A program made the position numbers and the translations under genes. A DNA stretch of 64,000 bases from Alcaligenaceae bacterium (GTDB lineage: Bacteria > Pseudomonadota > Gammaproteobacteria > Burkholderiales > Burkholderiaceae_B), in NCBI GenBank assembly GCA_012727555.1, contig JAAYGT010000033.1, positions 21,921 to 85,920 of the forward strand. Reading direction: 5' to 3'. Position 1 is the stretch's first letter, and each line of letters begins with the position of its first letter. The notes beneath the pieces are model-generated. The model did no database searches. It was not told the origin of the DNA and saw only the letters and a program-made list of their open reading frames with translations. Below are positions 48,554 to 57,689 of this stretch, in pieces.

Positions 48554-50056
48554 TCAAGCACGCTTGAGCACAGCATGCAAAAACCGAACCACGAAGAAAA
48601 GCAACATGAGCAGCATAATGGCGAGCAAAGTTGCAGAAATCGGGCGCTCAATGAAGGTCGCAAAATCGCCTTGGGCAACAACCATCGTGCGCCGGAAGTT
48701 TTCCTCGACCATGGGGCCCAGCACAAACCCCAGCAACAGGGTCGCACCATCAAACTGCAGTGCCCTGAACAACAAGCCCAGCAGGCCAAAAATCACCAGC
48801 ACATAGATATCAGTCACGGAACTGCTGACCGAGTACACACCCACACAAACGCAGGCCACCATTACCGGGAACAACAGGTGATAGGGAATGCGCAGCAAAC
48901 GCACCCAAAGTCCCACCAAAGGCACATTCAGAATCACCAGCAATATATTGCCCACCACAAACGAGGCTACCAGCCCCCAGAAAATTTCCGGATTATTGGA
49001 AATGACAGCTGGACCTGGAATGATGCCATGCACCATCAGCACGCCCAGCATCATCGCCATCACGGCATCACCTGGTATGCCGATACTCATGGTGGGAATG
49101 AACGCCGTCTGAACCGCTGCATTATTGGCAGCCTCGGGCGCAGCAACACCCGCCAGCGCACCATGACCAAATTTTTCAGGGGTTCTGGAAACCCGTTTTT
49201 CCAGGGCATACGAAAGGAATGTGGCGATCAGACCGCCAGTTCCTGGTAATGCACCAAAAAACGAACCAATCGCCGATCCACGCAAAGTGGGCATGGTGCA
49301 CTCCCTGACCTGCGCGCGATCAGGCAACATGGAACGCAGGGTGATCCGGTTTTCCGCAACCTTGCCTTCAGGCCCGCCATGGGCCGTGGAAATGATTTCA
49401 GGCAGACCAAACAAACCGAGTGCCAGGGCGACCAGTGACAGACCGTCAAACAAAACGGGCAACCCAAAGGTGAAGCGGGCCTCACCGCTGTTCAGATCCA
49501 GCCCGATCAACCCAAGCAGAACGCCGATGCACACCATGATGAGCGACTTCAAGGGTTTACCTGAAGACAGCAAGGACGCGGACACCAGGCCGAAGGTCAT
49601 GAGCATAAAGTATTCCTGAGGCCCAAAGCTCATGGCCACATTGGCCAGCGGGATGGTCAGCACGGCAAGCAACACCGCACCAAGCATTGAACCCACGAAC
49701 GAAGCAATTGCCGTGATAAAAAGCGCCAGGCCCGCCTGACCATTACGCGCCATCGGATAGCCATCAAGCGTTGTGACCACACTGGTGACCGTACCCGGCA
49801 AATTCAGGAGAATGGAGGCCGTGGAGCCACCGTATGCTGCACCATAATAAATACCGGCCAGCATGATGATCGAGTAGGTCGGTTCGATATGAAATGTGAT
49901 CGGCATCAGTACGGCCAATGTCGCCATGGTGCCTAAACCGGGCAGAACACCTACAACTGTGCCCAGAAAAACACCAAGAAAACAATACATCAGGCCATTT
50001 AATGACAAGGCCACCGAGAAACCCAGTGCGATGTTATCCAGCAAGGATACATTCAT
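48554..50056 (-). CDS. tctA: Tripartite tricarboxylate transporter large permease TctA
   Basis: About 500 aa polytopic protein from ATG 50056, which overlaps the tctB stop (ATGA). TctA-like blocks (GVLPGLG, GAAYGGSTASILLN). Confidence 0.85.
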   Translation of the reverse strand: MNVSLLDNIALGFSVALSLNGLMYCFLGVFLGTVVGVLPGLGTMATLAVLMPITFHIEPTYSIIMLAGIYYGAAYGGSTASILLNLPGTVTSVVTTLDGYPMARNGQAGLALFITAIASFVGSMLGAVLLAVLTIPLANVAMSFGPQEYFMLMTFGLVSASLLSSGKPLKSLIMVCIGVLLGLIGLDLNSGEARFTFGLPVLFDGLSLVALALGLFGLPEIISTAHGGPEGKVAENRITLRSMLPDRAQVRECTMPTLRGSAIGSFFGALPGTGGLIATFLSYALEKRVSRTPEKFGHGALAGVAAPEAANNAAVQTAFIPTMSIGIPGDAVMAMMLGVLMVHGIIPGPAVISNNPEIFWGLVASFVVGNILLVILNVPLVGLWVRLLRIPYHLLFPVMVACVCVGVYSVSSSVTDIYVLVIFGLLGLLFRALQFDGATLLLGFVLGPMVEENFRRTMVVAQGDFATFIERPISATLLAIMLLMLLFFVVRFLHAVLKRA

Positions 50057-50514
50057 AGTGCAAACACCTTGATCGGCAGGCCAAGAACAGCCACAAACAA
50101 AATGGAACACCCAACTGCCGTTACCGCTGACAACACAACTGAACGTGCAATGTGTGCGTTCGCCGAGGCAAACGTTGACAGAAAAACGGCTGCAAAAATG
50201 GCCGGAAGCAAACCAAACCGATCAATCAGCAACGCGAACGCCATAAATGCTGCAATGATCGATACCACCGAGAAAAAACGGGGGAAGGTAGCCTTGGGGG
50301 CCACTGTTGAACTGAATAGCGTGACCCCTGCCAGCAAACAGCCCAAAACAATCAGGACGATTGCGAACATACCGGGGAAATAGCCTGGCCCCATATCACG
50401 CAAGGAACCCATGACATAACTCTGCGACTCGACCAGCACAAAAAGGCCCAGGGCGACTGCAAAACCGGCACCGGCAAGATCAGGCAGTTTTGCATGCAAA
50501 CTCTTCTCACTCAT
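50053..50514 (-). CDS. tctB: Tripartite tricarboxylate transporter small subunit TctB
   Basis: 153 aa four-helix hydrophobic protein directly upstream of tctA. Confidence 0.75.
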   Translation of the reverse strand: MSEKSLHAKLPDLAGAGFAVALGLFVLVESQSYVMGSLRDMGPGYFPGMFAIVLIVLGCLLAGVTLFSSTVAPKATFPRFFSVVSIIAAFMAFALLIDRFGLLPAIFAAVFLSTFASANAHIARSVVLSAVTAVGCSILFVAVLGLPIKVFAL

Positions 50515-50540
50515 TGTTCAGTCTCCTCTTTTTTGAATTG

Positions 50541-50558
50541 TGATCGTGCACACGATCA
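50541..50558. promoter_or_regulatory. 18-bp palindrome TGATCGTG-CA-CACGATCA
   Basis: Perfect 8-bp arms in the 61-nt gap between the CMD-family gene and tctB. This is the only sizeable gap inside the otherwise overlapping operon. Confidence 0.4.
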
Positions 50559-50575
50559 AAGTTAGTTCATCTCGC

Positions 50576-51358
50576 TCAACCCGGCGGAACACCTGCAGTC
50601 CCGGTACCCATAGGCAACCCAGAGTGATCACTCAATGCCGCAGCGCCCAGCGCCGTGCCGTGCACGGACAAATGCGCACCAAGCTGTATGACCTGGACAA
50701 TGTCTGCAACAGCACCACCTTCTTGCAAAGTTGTACGTATTTCAGTGCGCAGTGCATCAGGATTGAACCCCGTGAAACAGGCGTGTAACGCAATATGAAT
50801 CAGATGGCGCTCATACGGTGACAGACCAGCCCCAGGTGTATCAAGAGCGATAAACTCAAGCACAACCCGCACATACCCAGGATCAAACCGACCAACGACA
50901 CGCAACTGCTCACACAAAGCCACGGGCAACGTCGCCAGGTGTGCCGCCAGACCATCAGGCCAGGCCGCATCCGCTGGCACTGAGTCAAGTCCAGCCTCTT
51001 CGGCCAGGATATTCAACCCCTGATACACCGACGACAGCCCCTGTACGGCCACACAATGCAGCACACCCAGTATGTCGGCAGGACTCGCCCCCGCCTCGAA
51101 CGCTTTGGCCAGATGTGTCTTGAGACCCGGACCATATAAATGGGTTGATGAAGCATCCAGAGCCACATAGACCAGTTCGACCATGCGTGCCGACAATGAA
51201 CCTGTGCGGGCAGGGTAGCCGGCATAATTTGCATACGCCTGCAAAAACTGCGGGTGTTGCGCCAGTATGACCTCGGTCCAGGGGCGCCAGTAACCACGCT
51301 CACGGATAAAACAGGCCTTGATAGCCTCTTGCTCAGGCGTCAAATGGGCCATCATCAT
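50576..51358 (-). CDS. Carboxymuconolactone decarboxylase (AhpD-like) family protein, two-domain
   Basis: 260 aa. Two AhpD/CMD-like helical halves (LSARMVELVYVALDASSTHLY... and LSPYERHLIHIALHACF...). The family call is moderate. Confidence 0.55.
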   Translation of the reverse strand: MMMAHLTPEQEAIKACFIRERGYWRPWTEVILAQHPQFLQAYANYAGYPARTGSLSARMVELVYVALDASSTHLYGPGLKTHLAKAFEAGASPADILGVLHCVAVQGLSSVYQGLNILAEEAGLDSVPADAAWPDGLAAHLATLPVALCEQLRVVGRFDPGYVRVVLEFIALDTPGAGLSPYERHLIHIALHACFTGFNPDALRTEIRTTLQEGGAVADIVQVIQLGAHLSVHGTALGAAALSDHSGLPMGTGTAGVPPG

Positions 51359-52581
51359 GCTCCTTGTTCAGTTCGCAGCACAAGCACTTGCCCTGTCAGG
51401 AACTGTGCACGTGCCCCGGCCACGTAATTAATCAACAAAGCGGTATCGTCCAGCGGATACTCTGGCGGCAGGCAGAGGCCGTTCACGCGGAACCCAAGCG
51501 GCCCGAGCTCGCAGGCCAGTGTGGCCACCATCATGCGAGCAGCGGCGTAATCCCCTGCAGCCTGTGCACCGGCAGAAACAGGTCCCTGCGGAAGAATCAG
51601 TGTCAGACTCGACGGTGCCAGCGCATGCTGCACAAACTGCCGGGCCGCTGCATGCAGAGCGGCAACCAGCTCACCTGATGCACACTGCCAGACGGAAAAG
51701 TCCACAACAGCCTGATAACAACCCGCATCGGACCCAGTATCCTGCGCCTGCAGACGGGCCTCCAGTTCAAGGGGCACAGTGCCGCATAGCCGCAGCCGTG
51801 TCGAAGCCGACAAAGAAACCGGGGGAACCTGAGCCGGTGAGAACGCAGCACTGCCGCCAAAAGCGCCCGAACCGCCGTCCACACGCAACGGCTCAGGCCC
51901 AAGGAGTCGAGCAGGCGCACTGGCCAGAAACAACAGAGCATGGGCCAGCTCTTCCGGTTCCGCCATGCGTCCCAACGGAATTTTTGCAACGGCACGTACA
52001 GGATCGAGCCGTTTTTCATCAATCAGGTGCTGCACTAACTCCGTTCGAACAAAACCCGGTGCCAGAACGGATACACACCGCTCGGGCCACTCAGATGCCA
52101 GTGCACGGGATTGCGCAATGAGCCCGGCTTTGGAGGCACTGTAAAGACCACGCCACGGAATGGCCTGAAAAGCGGCACCTGAAGCCACATTCACGATATG
52201 AGCCCGGGGCGCCAGACATGGCTGCAGGACGTGCAGGACAGCCAGTGGAACCTGCAGATTCAGTGTCATCAGACGCTGACACTCCGCCCAGGCCATGTCA
52301 GCCAGGCGCAGACCTCGCGTATCAGAGATACCCGCATTATTGATGACGGCATCCAGCGGTTGTCTGAAATCAGCCAGTGCCGCCAAACCCGCCGGATCCA
52401 GAAGGTCCAGGCACAAAGCCATATGCCCTTGCCCATCGGGATCAGGTAGCGCATCCGCCAGGGCAACAACCCGCGCCGTATCACGATCCAGCAAAACGCA
52501 ACGCCAGCCCTGCGATGCAAACAGCAGGGCGGCTGCACGGCCAATCCCGGCAGCGGCACCCGTGATCAGAACAGTGGCCAC
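51355..52581 (-). CDS. SDR oxidoreductase fused to a degenerate second SDR-like half
   Basis: The first ~250 residues form a canonical SDR (TGAAAGIGRAAA, NNAG, YSASKAGL). The C-terminal ~150 aa keep only late SDR blocks (YAAARMMV, GFRVNGLCLP, FLTGQVLVL) and have no Gly-rich dinucleotide motif. Confidence 0.7.
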   Translation of the reverse strand: MATVLITGAAAGIGRAAALLFASQGWRCVLLDRDTARVVALADALPDPDGQGHMALCLDLLDPAGLAALADFRQPLDAVINNAGISDTRGLRLADMAWAECQRLMTLNLQVPLAVLHVLQPCLAPRAHIVNVASGAAFQAIPWRGLYSASKAGLIAQSRALASEWPERCVSVLAPGFVRTELVQHLIDEKRLDPVRAVAKIPLGRMAEPEELAHALLFLASAPARLLGPEPLRVDGGSGAFGGSAAFSPAQVPPVSLSASTRLRLCGTVPLELEARLQAQDTGSDAGCYQAVVDFSVWQCASGELVAALHAAARQFVQHALAPSSLTLILPQGPVSAGAQAAGDYAAARMMVATLACELGPLGFRVNGLCLPPEYPLDDTALLINYVAGARAQFLTGQVLVLRTEQGA

Positions 52582-52599
52582 AGTCGTCCCCGTGCGTAA

Positions 52600-53358
52600 T
52601 CAGATATTGGTGAATGTGACGCCGCCGTCTACCACCAACGACTGGGCGGTGATGAACCCGGCGTCATCACTGACCAGAAAACAAATGCCGCGAGCGATAT
52701 CCTGCACGTTGCCGAGCCGTCCCAGAGGGGTACGCGCAGCGCGTAAGGCATCCCGCTCGGCATTGCGGTTACGCTGAGTGCCTTCCGTGGGCACTGCAGA
52801 CGGGCAAACAGCATTGACACGAATACGACGAGCCCCCAGTTCGGCAGCAGCGGCACGCGTGATGCCCAAAATACCTGCTTTAATACCGGAATACACCACG
52901 GAATTCAGCGTGGAACGCAACGCAGCCGTGGACGCCACATTCACGATGGCACCACCACGCTCGGGATCCATGGCCTCGGCGGCAGCCTGAATGCCCCAGA
53001 TCACTGCCTTGAAACCAACATCCAGCATACGATCCACGGTTTCAGGCTGGATATCAGGCACCGCTTGATAACGGACCCAGGCAGCGTTGTTGACCAGCGC
53101 ATCAAAACGGCCACCCACCTGGGCCGCCTGGCGAACAGCGGCTTGAATACCTTCGCGGGTAGAAATATTCTGGACCACGCCAAAGGCTTTGCCACCCTGA
53201 TCCGTGATTTCACGAACAGCGGCCTCAACAAACTCTTCCTTGAGGTCATTGACACCGACCAAAGCACCACGCGCAGCCATCTGGCGTGCAGCCTCGCGAC
53301 CAATGCCATTGCCAGCGCCTGTGATCAGGATTACACGACCTTCCATATCCTTATGCAT
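52600..53358 (-). CDS. SDR family oxidoreductase
   Basis: ITGAGNGIGREAA, NNAAW and YSGIKAGI motifs. ATG 53358 is preferred, overlapping the upstream ACAD stop by 8 nt. Confidence 0.85.
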   Translation of the reverse strand: MHKDMEGRVILITGAGNGIGREAARQMAARGALVGVNDLKEEFVEAAVREITDQGGKAFGVVQNISTREGIQAAVRQAAQVGGRFDALVNNAAWVRYQAVPDIQPETVDRMLDVGFKAVIWGIQAAAEAMDPERGGAIVNVASTAALRSTLNSVVYSGIKAGILGITRAAAAELGARRIRVNAVCPSAVPTEGTQRNRNAERDALRAARTPLGRLGNVQDIARGICFLVSDDAGFITAQSLVVDGGVTFTNI

Positions 53359-54331
53359 GTGCTGCCTCCTTGGCAGATTCAATAAATGTCTGGCCGGCAA
53401 TCTGCAATGCCGTCGAGCCTTTCAGAGCCGTATTCAGACGCTGGGCATCACGCAGCGACCAGTGCAATGGCACTTCCCAGGTAAAACCCATGCCGCCGTT
53501 CAGGTGAATGGCACGCTCGATGGCAAAAATTGCGTTATGCACAGCCCCGGTCCAGGCCACCTGGGCATCACGCTCGCAACCGAATTCATCGCTGGTCAAA
53601 ACCCTTTGAACGGCAGCAATCGAAACCTCATTCAGCAATTTCATACGCGCCAGCGTATGACGCACCGCCTGCTTGGCCGTCAATGGGCGACCGAACTGGA
53701 CACGCGTTGCGAGGTACTGCGCTGTAAACTCCAGCGCACCTTGGGCAGCTCCGTTCAGGAAGGCTGCTGTAAGTACGTAAGCATCCCGCCGTAAAACAGC
53801 ATACTGTTCGGCGGTCAGACGCGCCTTCACGACAGCGGATTGCAAACCAACGGTGTATCGGGGTACATCGGGATCAAGCACATCCTCGGTTTCCAGCGAC
53901 ACAGAAGAGCGCTCAACCAACACTGCACGTTCACCGTCAGGCACCAGGATCCAGTCAGCCCGGTCCGCATAGGCCGCATGAGAAGCCAGGCAGCGGCTCC
54001 AGTCACCTTGCCAGGCGATAACCACAACACGGCGTCCACCGACCAGTTCGGCCGCTTCGGGCGTACCCGCCAGCGCCTTGGCCACAAGCAGTTGTTCCAC
54101 CAGGGGAAAGCGCAAACGCAATTTGCCCGCCTGCTGTGCAATCGGTACGGCAAAGGCCAGGCTCAGATTCAAGCCACCATCGCTTTCGGGAACACACACA
54201 CCAACCAGACCGGCCTGGGCCAATATGGACGCCATCGTGGAAAAATCGTGCGACTGCGCATCGGCAATCGCTGCCGCAGCGGCTTCGGCAAATTCCTCGG
54301 GCCGCAGACTTTCATCGTGGGAACTCATCAT
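53351..54331 (-). CDS. Acyl-CoA dehydrogenase family protein (short, 326 aa)
   Basis: ACAD C-terminal blocks (RPLTAKQAVRHTLARM, LNGGMGFTWEVPLHWSLRDAQ). It is shorter than typical ACADs of about 380 aa. Its start overlaps the upstream ACAD stop (ATGA). Confidence 0.75.
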   Translation of the reverse strand: MMSSHDESLRPEEFAEAAAAAIADAQSHDFSTMASILAQAGLVGVCVPESDGGLNLSLAFAVPIAQQAGKLRLRFPLVEQLLVAKALAGTPEAAELVGGRRVVVIAWQGDWSRCLASHAAYADRADWILVPDGERAVLVERSSVSLETEDVLDPDVPRYTVGLQSAVVKARLTAEQYAVLRRDAYVLTAAFLNGAAQGALEFTAQYLATRVQFGRPLTAKQAVRHTLARMKLLNEVSIAAVQRVLTSDEFGCERDAQVAWTGAVHNAIFAIERAIHLNGGMGFTWEVPLHWSLRDAQRLNTALKGSTALQIAGQTFIESAKEAAHA

Positions 54332-55536
54332 TTCTGGACGTCCATGGGCAGTTTGAGAATACGCTGGGCAATAATGTCGAGCTGAACTTCAGTCACGCCT
54401 GCATAAATGGTTTCAGCACGGGCAAACAGGTAGGCGGTTGTGAAATGCTTCCGGGCACGGCGGGCCAGTGGGCTCGAACAATCGTGCACACGAGAAACAA
54501 TGTCCATTGCAAGCCCCGCAAAGGCTTGATGACATTCTGACCAGTACAGTTTGTTCAATGAACCCAGGGCACCAACTGGCCGATCACGCATCAGGTGATC
54601 CACCACGGCCTCGATCAACCCTTTCAGGCCGTCGATTTCGGCAGCAATCTGCCCAATACGACGCTGGTAATAGCCATCGTCCAATACCTTGGCCAGTTCG
54701 GCATCCGAAAGGCATGCACGCACCAGCTGGCGCAGTTCGCACTCGAAACGCCACGGGCGATACATACGATTGGTGGCACGCTCGATCGACAACACACGAA
54801 TTGCCGCATCCCAGCCTTCATCAGGCGCACCCAGTCGGGCGCTGTCAGGCACAATGACATTGTCAAAGAAGACCTCGGCAAACGATTCCTTGCCATCGAT
54901 GGACTTGATCGGCACAACACGAATGCCGGGTGTATCCATAGGCACGGCAAACATCAACAAGCCACGATGTTTGTCGGCCACTGTTCCAGTGCGTGTCAAC
55001 AACAGGCAATAGTGTGCTTTTGCAGCCCCGCTGGTCCAGATTTTCTGGCCATTGATACGCCACACATCGCCTTCCTGAGTCGCCTTGGTACGCAATCCGG
55101 CAAGGTCAGACCCTGCTCCAGGTTCGGAAAACCCCTGGCACCAGTAGTTTTCAATCGCCAGAATGGCTGGCAAAAAAGTGCGTTTCTGTTCTTCGGTACC
55201 CACCGCCATGATGATGGGACCCGCCAGTTCCTTCCCGATCGAGCTGACACTCTCGGGCATGGGCAGCGAACCGATTTCCTTGTTCACGACCAAATGCTCA
55301 CGCAACGACAGCCCATAGCCACCGTATTCTTTTGGCCAGGTCATGCCGGCCAGCCCCGCACGGTACATTGCCGCTTCCCACGCACTGCTTTCCTGCAGTG
55401 TGGGTGTACGGTAGTTCAGGCTGTCCGAACGCATGTAGTCGGGTAAATTGGCAGCCAGCCATTGGCGGGCATGGCGACGATAGGCATCGCGCCCGGACGC
55501 AGGGTCCGGAATCACCACAGTGGTATCAAACGACAT
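54328..55536 (-). CDS. Acyl-CoA dehydrogenase family protein
   Basis: 402 aa. ACAD blocks YWCQGFSEPGAGSD, WTSGA and a C-terminal IYAGVTEVQLDIIA, which corresponds to the usual IYEGT..IQ position with Ala in place of Glu. Confidence 0.85.
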   Translation of the reverse strand: MSFDTTVVIPDPASGRDAYRRHARQWLAANLPDYMRSDSLNYRTPTLQESSAWEAAMYRAGLAGMTWPKEYGGYGLSLREHLVVNKEIGSLPMPESVSSIGKELAGPIIMAVGTEEQKRTFLPAILAIENYWCQGFSEPGAGSDLAGLRTKATQEGDVWRINGQKIWTSGAAKAHYCLLLTRTGTVADKHRGLLMFAVPMDTPGIRVVPIKSIDGKESFAEVFFDNVIVPDSARLGAPDEGWDAAIRVLSIERATNRMYRPWRFECELRQLVRACLSDAELAKVLDDGYYQRRIGQIAAEIDGLKGLIEAVVDHLMRDRPVGALGSLNKLYWSECHQAFAGLAMDIVSRVHDCSSPLARRARKHFTTAYLFARAETIYAGVTEVQLDIIAQRILKLPMDVQK

Positions 55537-57686
55537 CAGTGAGCTCCTGGAGTCAAAGCGAATTCATTCACGGGCACCATCAGTGCATCAAGCACCACAA
55601 CACCCTGGCCCAGGGGGCGCACCAGGACCGGATTCATATCGATTTCAGCGACATTGGCGGCATGGCGGCAGGCGAACTCTGAAAGACGGACCAGTGTCTG
55701 AGCGGCAGCCTGGATATCGGCCTTGGGCTGACCACGAGCCCCATCCAGAATGGGGAACATGCGCAATGACCGGATCATGCGCAGCGCGTCATCCTGGCTC
55801 ACGGGTGCAACCTGTACCGCAATATCTTTGAGCACTTCGGCATGAATACCGCCCATACCCACCATGACCACCGGGCCAAAAACCGGATCGCGGGAAATAC
55901 CCATGATCAGTTCAACACCGCCCTTGGCCATCGGCGTAACCAGAACACCCTCGATGCGAGCGTGTGGCACCTTGCGGGCTACATTGGCCATGATCTGTTC
56001 ATATGCCTGCTGCACAGCCTGGGCCGTTTCCAGATTCAGCAATACGCCACCCACTTCGGTTTTATGGGCGATATCAGGCGACACAATCTTGAGCACCACG
56101 GGCAGCCCAAGCTGTACGGCCTGCTCAGCAGCCTCATCGGCAGAACGCACAATCGCTTCCTGCAAAACGGAAACACCCGCGTGAGCCAACACACGTTTGG
56201 CCACAACCTCATTACCAAACGCAGCTGCGTCCAGAGGCATACGCGGACCATCGTACGCAGGAGCCGCATCCAGGGCTGTAAGTTGCCCCAGCGCCACCAG
56301 GCTCGCAAGGCCTTTTGCAGCTGAGTCGATTGAAGCGAAAACAGGAATACCCAGCGCGTTGATTTCAGCCACGGCATCGGCCGGGCCGGCACTGATGATC
56401 GCCAGCAGGCGATCGGGGCGGCTTGCCCGCACTTTGGCCAGGGCTTCCATGTAAACGCCCCGCAAACGGCTGTTGTAAAGCGACAGGGACAAGAACAACA
56501 ACGTGGCATCTGTCCGGGGTTCTTCGACCAAAGCTGACAAAATACCGTGCAAAATGTCAGGGCGGCTGGACATCTGGGCCGAAGCATCCACCGGATTATT
56601 AGTACCTGCCAACGGCAAGACAGCCTGAATGCGAGCTTTGGTCTCAACACTGAGCTCGGGCAGAATGAGCCCAGCCCGCGTTGTGGCATCGGCCATCATG
56701 ATGCCAAAACCACCCGAAGCCGCCACCAGAGTCACACGAGGCCCTTGGGGCAAACGGCTTGTGCCCAGCAAAGACACGGAATGACCAATCTCCAGCAGCT
56801 CTTCAATAGAGTGCACACGCAGGGCACCATAGCGCCGGAACACAGCGTCAATCACGTTATCCGCACCGGCCAGCGCACCCGTATGCGACGCGGCGGCAGC
56901 CTGGCCGCTTTCCGTGGAACCGATCTTGATGACAACCACCGGTTTGCGATTGTGTCGTGCCCTGTCAAGAGCCCAGGTCAGACGCCCTGCATCACGGCAG
57001 GTTTCCATACAGCACAAAATGACTTGTGTCGCCTCATCATCGGCCAATGCTGCGATACCATCGGCGACATCCACATCCGCTTCATTACCGGTTGCGATGA
57101 AACGGCTGACCCCAAGACCGCGCCGGGCAATATTCTGCATGACAAAGCTGCCAATATTGCCCGACTGGGAAACAATACCCACGTTGCCGGCCGGGGGCAT
57201 GCTTTGTTCGAGTACGATGGTAAACGAACCCACGACACCATCCGCAACGCTGACCACACCCAAACAGTTAGGCCCCAGCAAGCGCATCGTGTGCGCACGC
57301 GCAATACGGACCAATTCCGCCTGACGGGCAGCCCCCTCTTCACCCGACTCGGCAAAACCGGACGACAACACGATCACAGCACGGACACCTTTGTCGGCAC
57401 ACTGCTGCATCGCCTGTACGGCATGTTCGGCCGGCACGGCAAGAATCGCCATATCAGGAGCCGAGGGCAGATCATCAATACGGGCATAGGCTGGCAAGCC
57501 CTGTATTGTGCCTCCTTTGGGATTAACGGGGTACACAGCACCCTGATAACCATATTTGCGCAAGAACCAGACAGGACGACCACCGATTTTGGTTTGATCG
57601 TCGCTGGCTCCGACAACAGCAATAGAGCGGGCCTTGAACAAGGCATCAAGCCCGGCCCCAGGTTGTTGAACAGGCTGACTCACCAT
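55536..57686 (-). CDS. ADP-forming acyl-CoA synthetase (acetate--CoA ligase family; CoA-binding + ATP-grasp)
   Basis: 716 aa. N-terminal CoA-binding domain ARSIAVVGASDDQTKIGGRPV, a succinyl-CoA-synthetase-like flavodoxin domain and a C-terminal ATP-grasp region. Confidence 0.85.
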   Translation of the reverse strand: MVSQPVQQPGAGLDALFKARSIAVVGASDDQTKIGGRPVWFLRKYGYQGAVYPVNPKGGTIQGLPAYARIDDLPSAPDMAILAVPAEHAVQAMQQCADKGVRAVIVLSSGFAESGEEGAARQAELVRIARAHTMRLLGPNCLGVVSVADGVVGSFTIVLEQSMPPAGNVGIVSQSGNIGSFVMQNIARRGLGVSRFIATGNEADVDVADGIAALADDEATQVILCCMETCRDAGRLTWALDRARHNRKPVVVIKIGSTESGQAAAASHTGALAGADNVIDAVFRRYGALRVHSIEELLEIGHSVSLLGTSRLPQGPRVTLVAASGGFGIMMADATTRAGLILPELSVETKARIQAVLPLAGTNNPVDASAQMSSRPDILHGILSALVEEPRTDATLLFLSLSLYNSRLRGVYMEALAKVRASRPDRLLAIISAGPADAVAEINALGIPVFASIDSAAKGLASLVALGQLTALDAAPAYDGPRMPLDAAAFGNEVVAKRVLAHAGVSVLQEAIVRSADEAAEQAVQLGLPVVLKIVSPDIAHKTEVGGVLLNLETAQAVQQAYEQIMANVARKVPHARIEGVLVTPMAKGGVELIMGISRDPVFGPVVMVGMGGIHAEVLKDIAVQVAPVSQDDALRMIRSLRMFPILDGARGQPKADIQAAAQTLVRLSEFACRHAANVAEIDMNPVLVRPLGQGVVVLDALMVPVNEFALTPGAH

Positions 57687-57689
57687 GAT

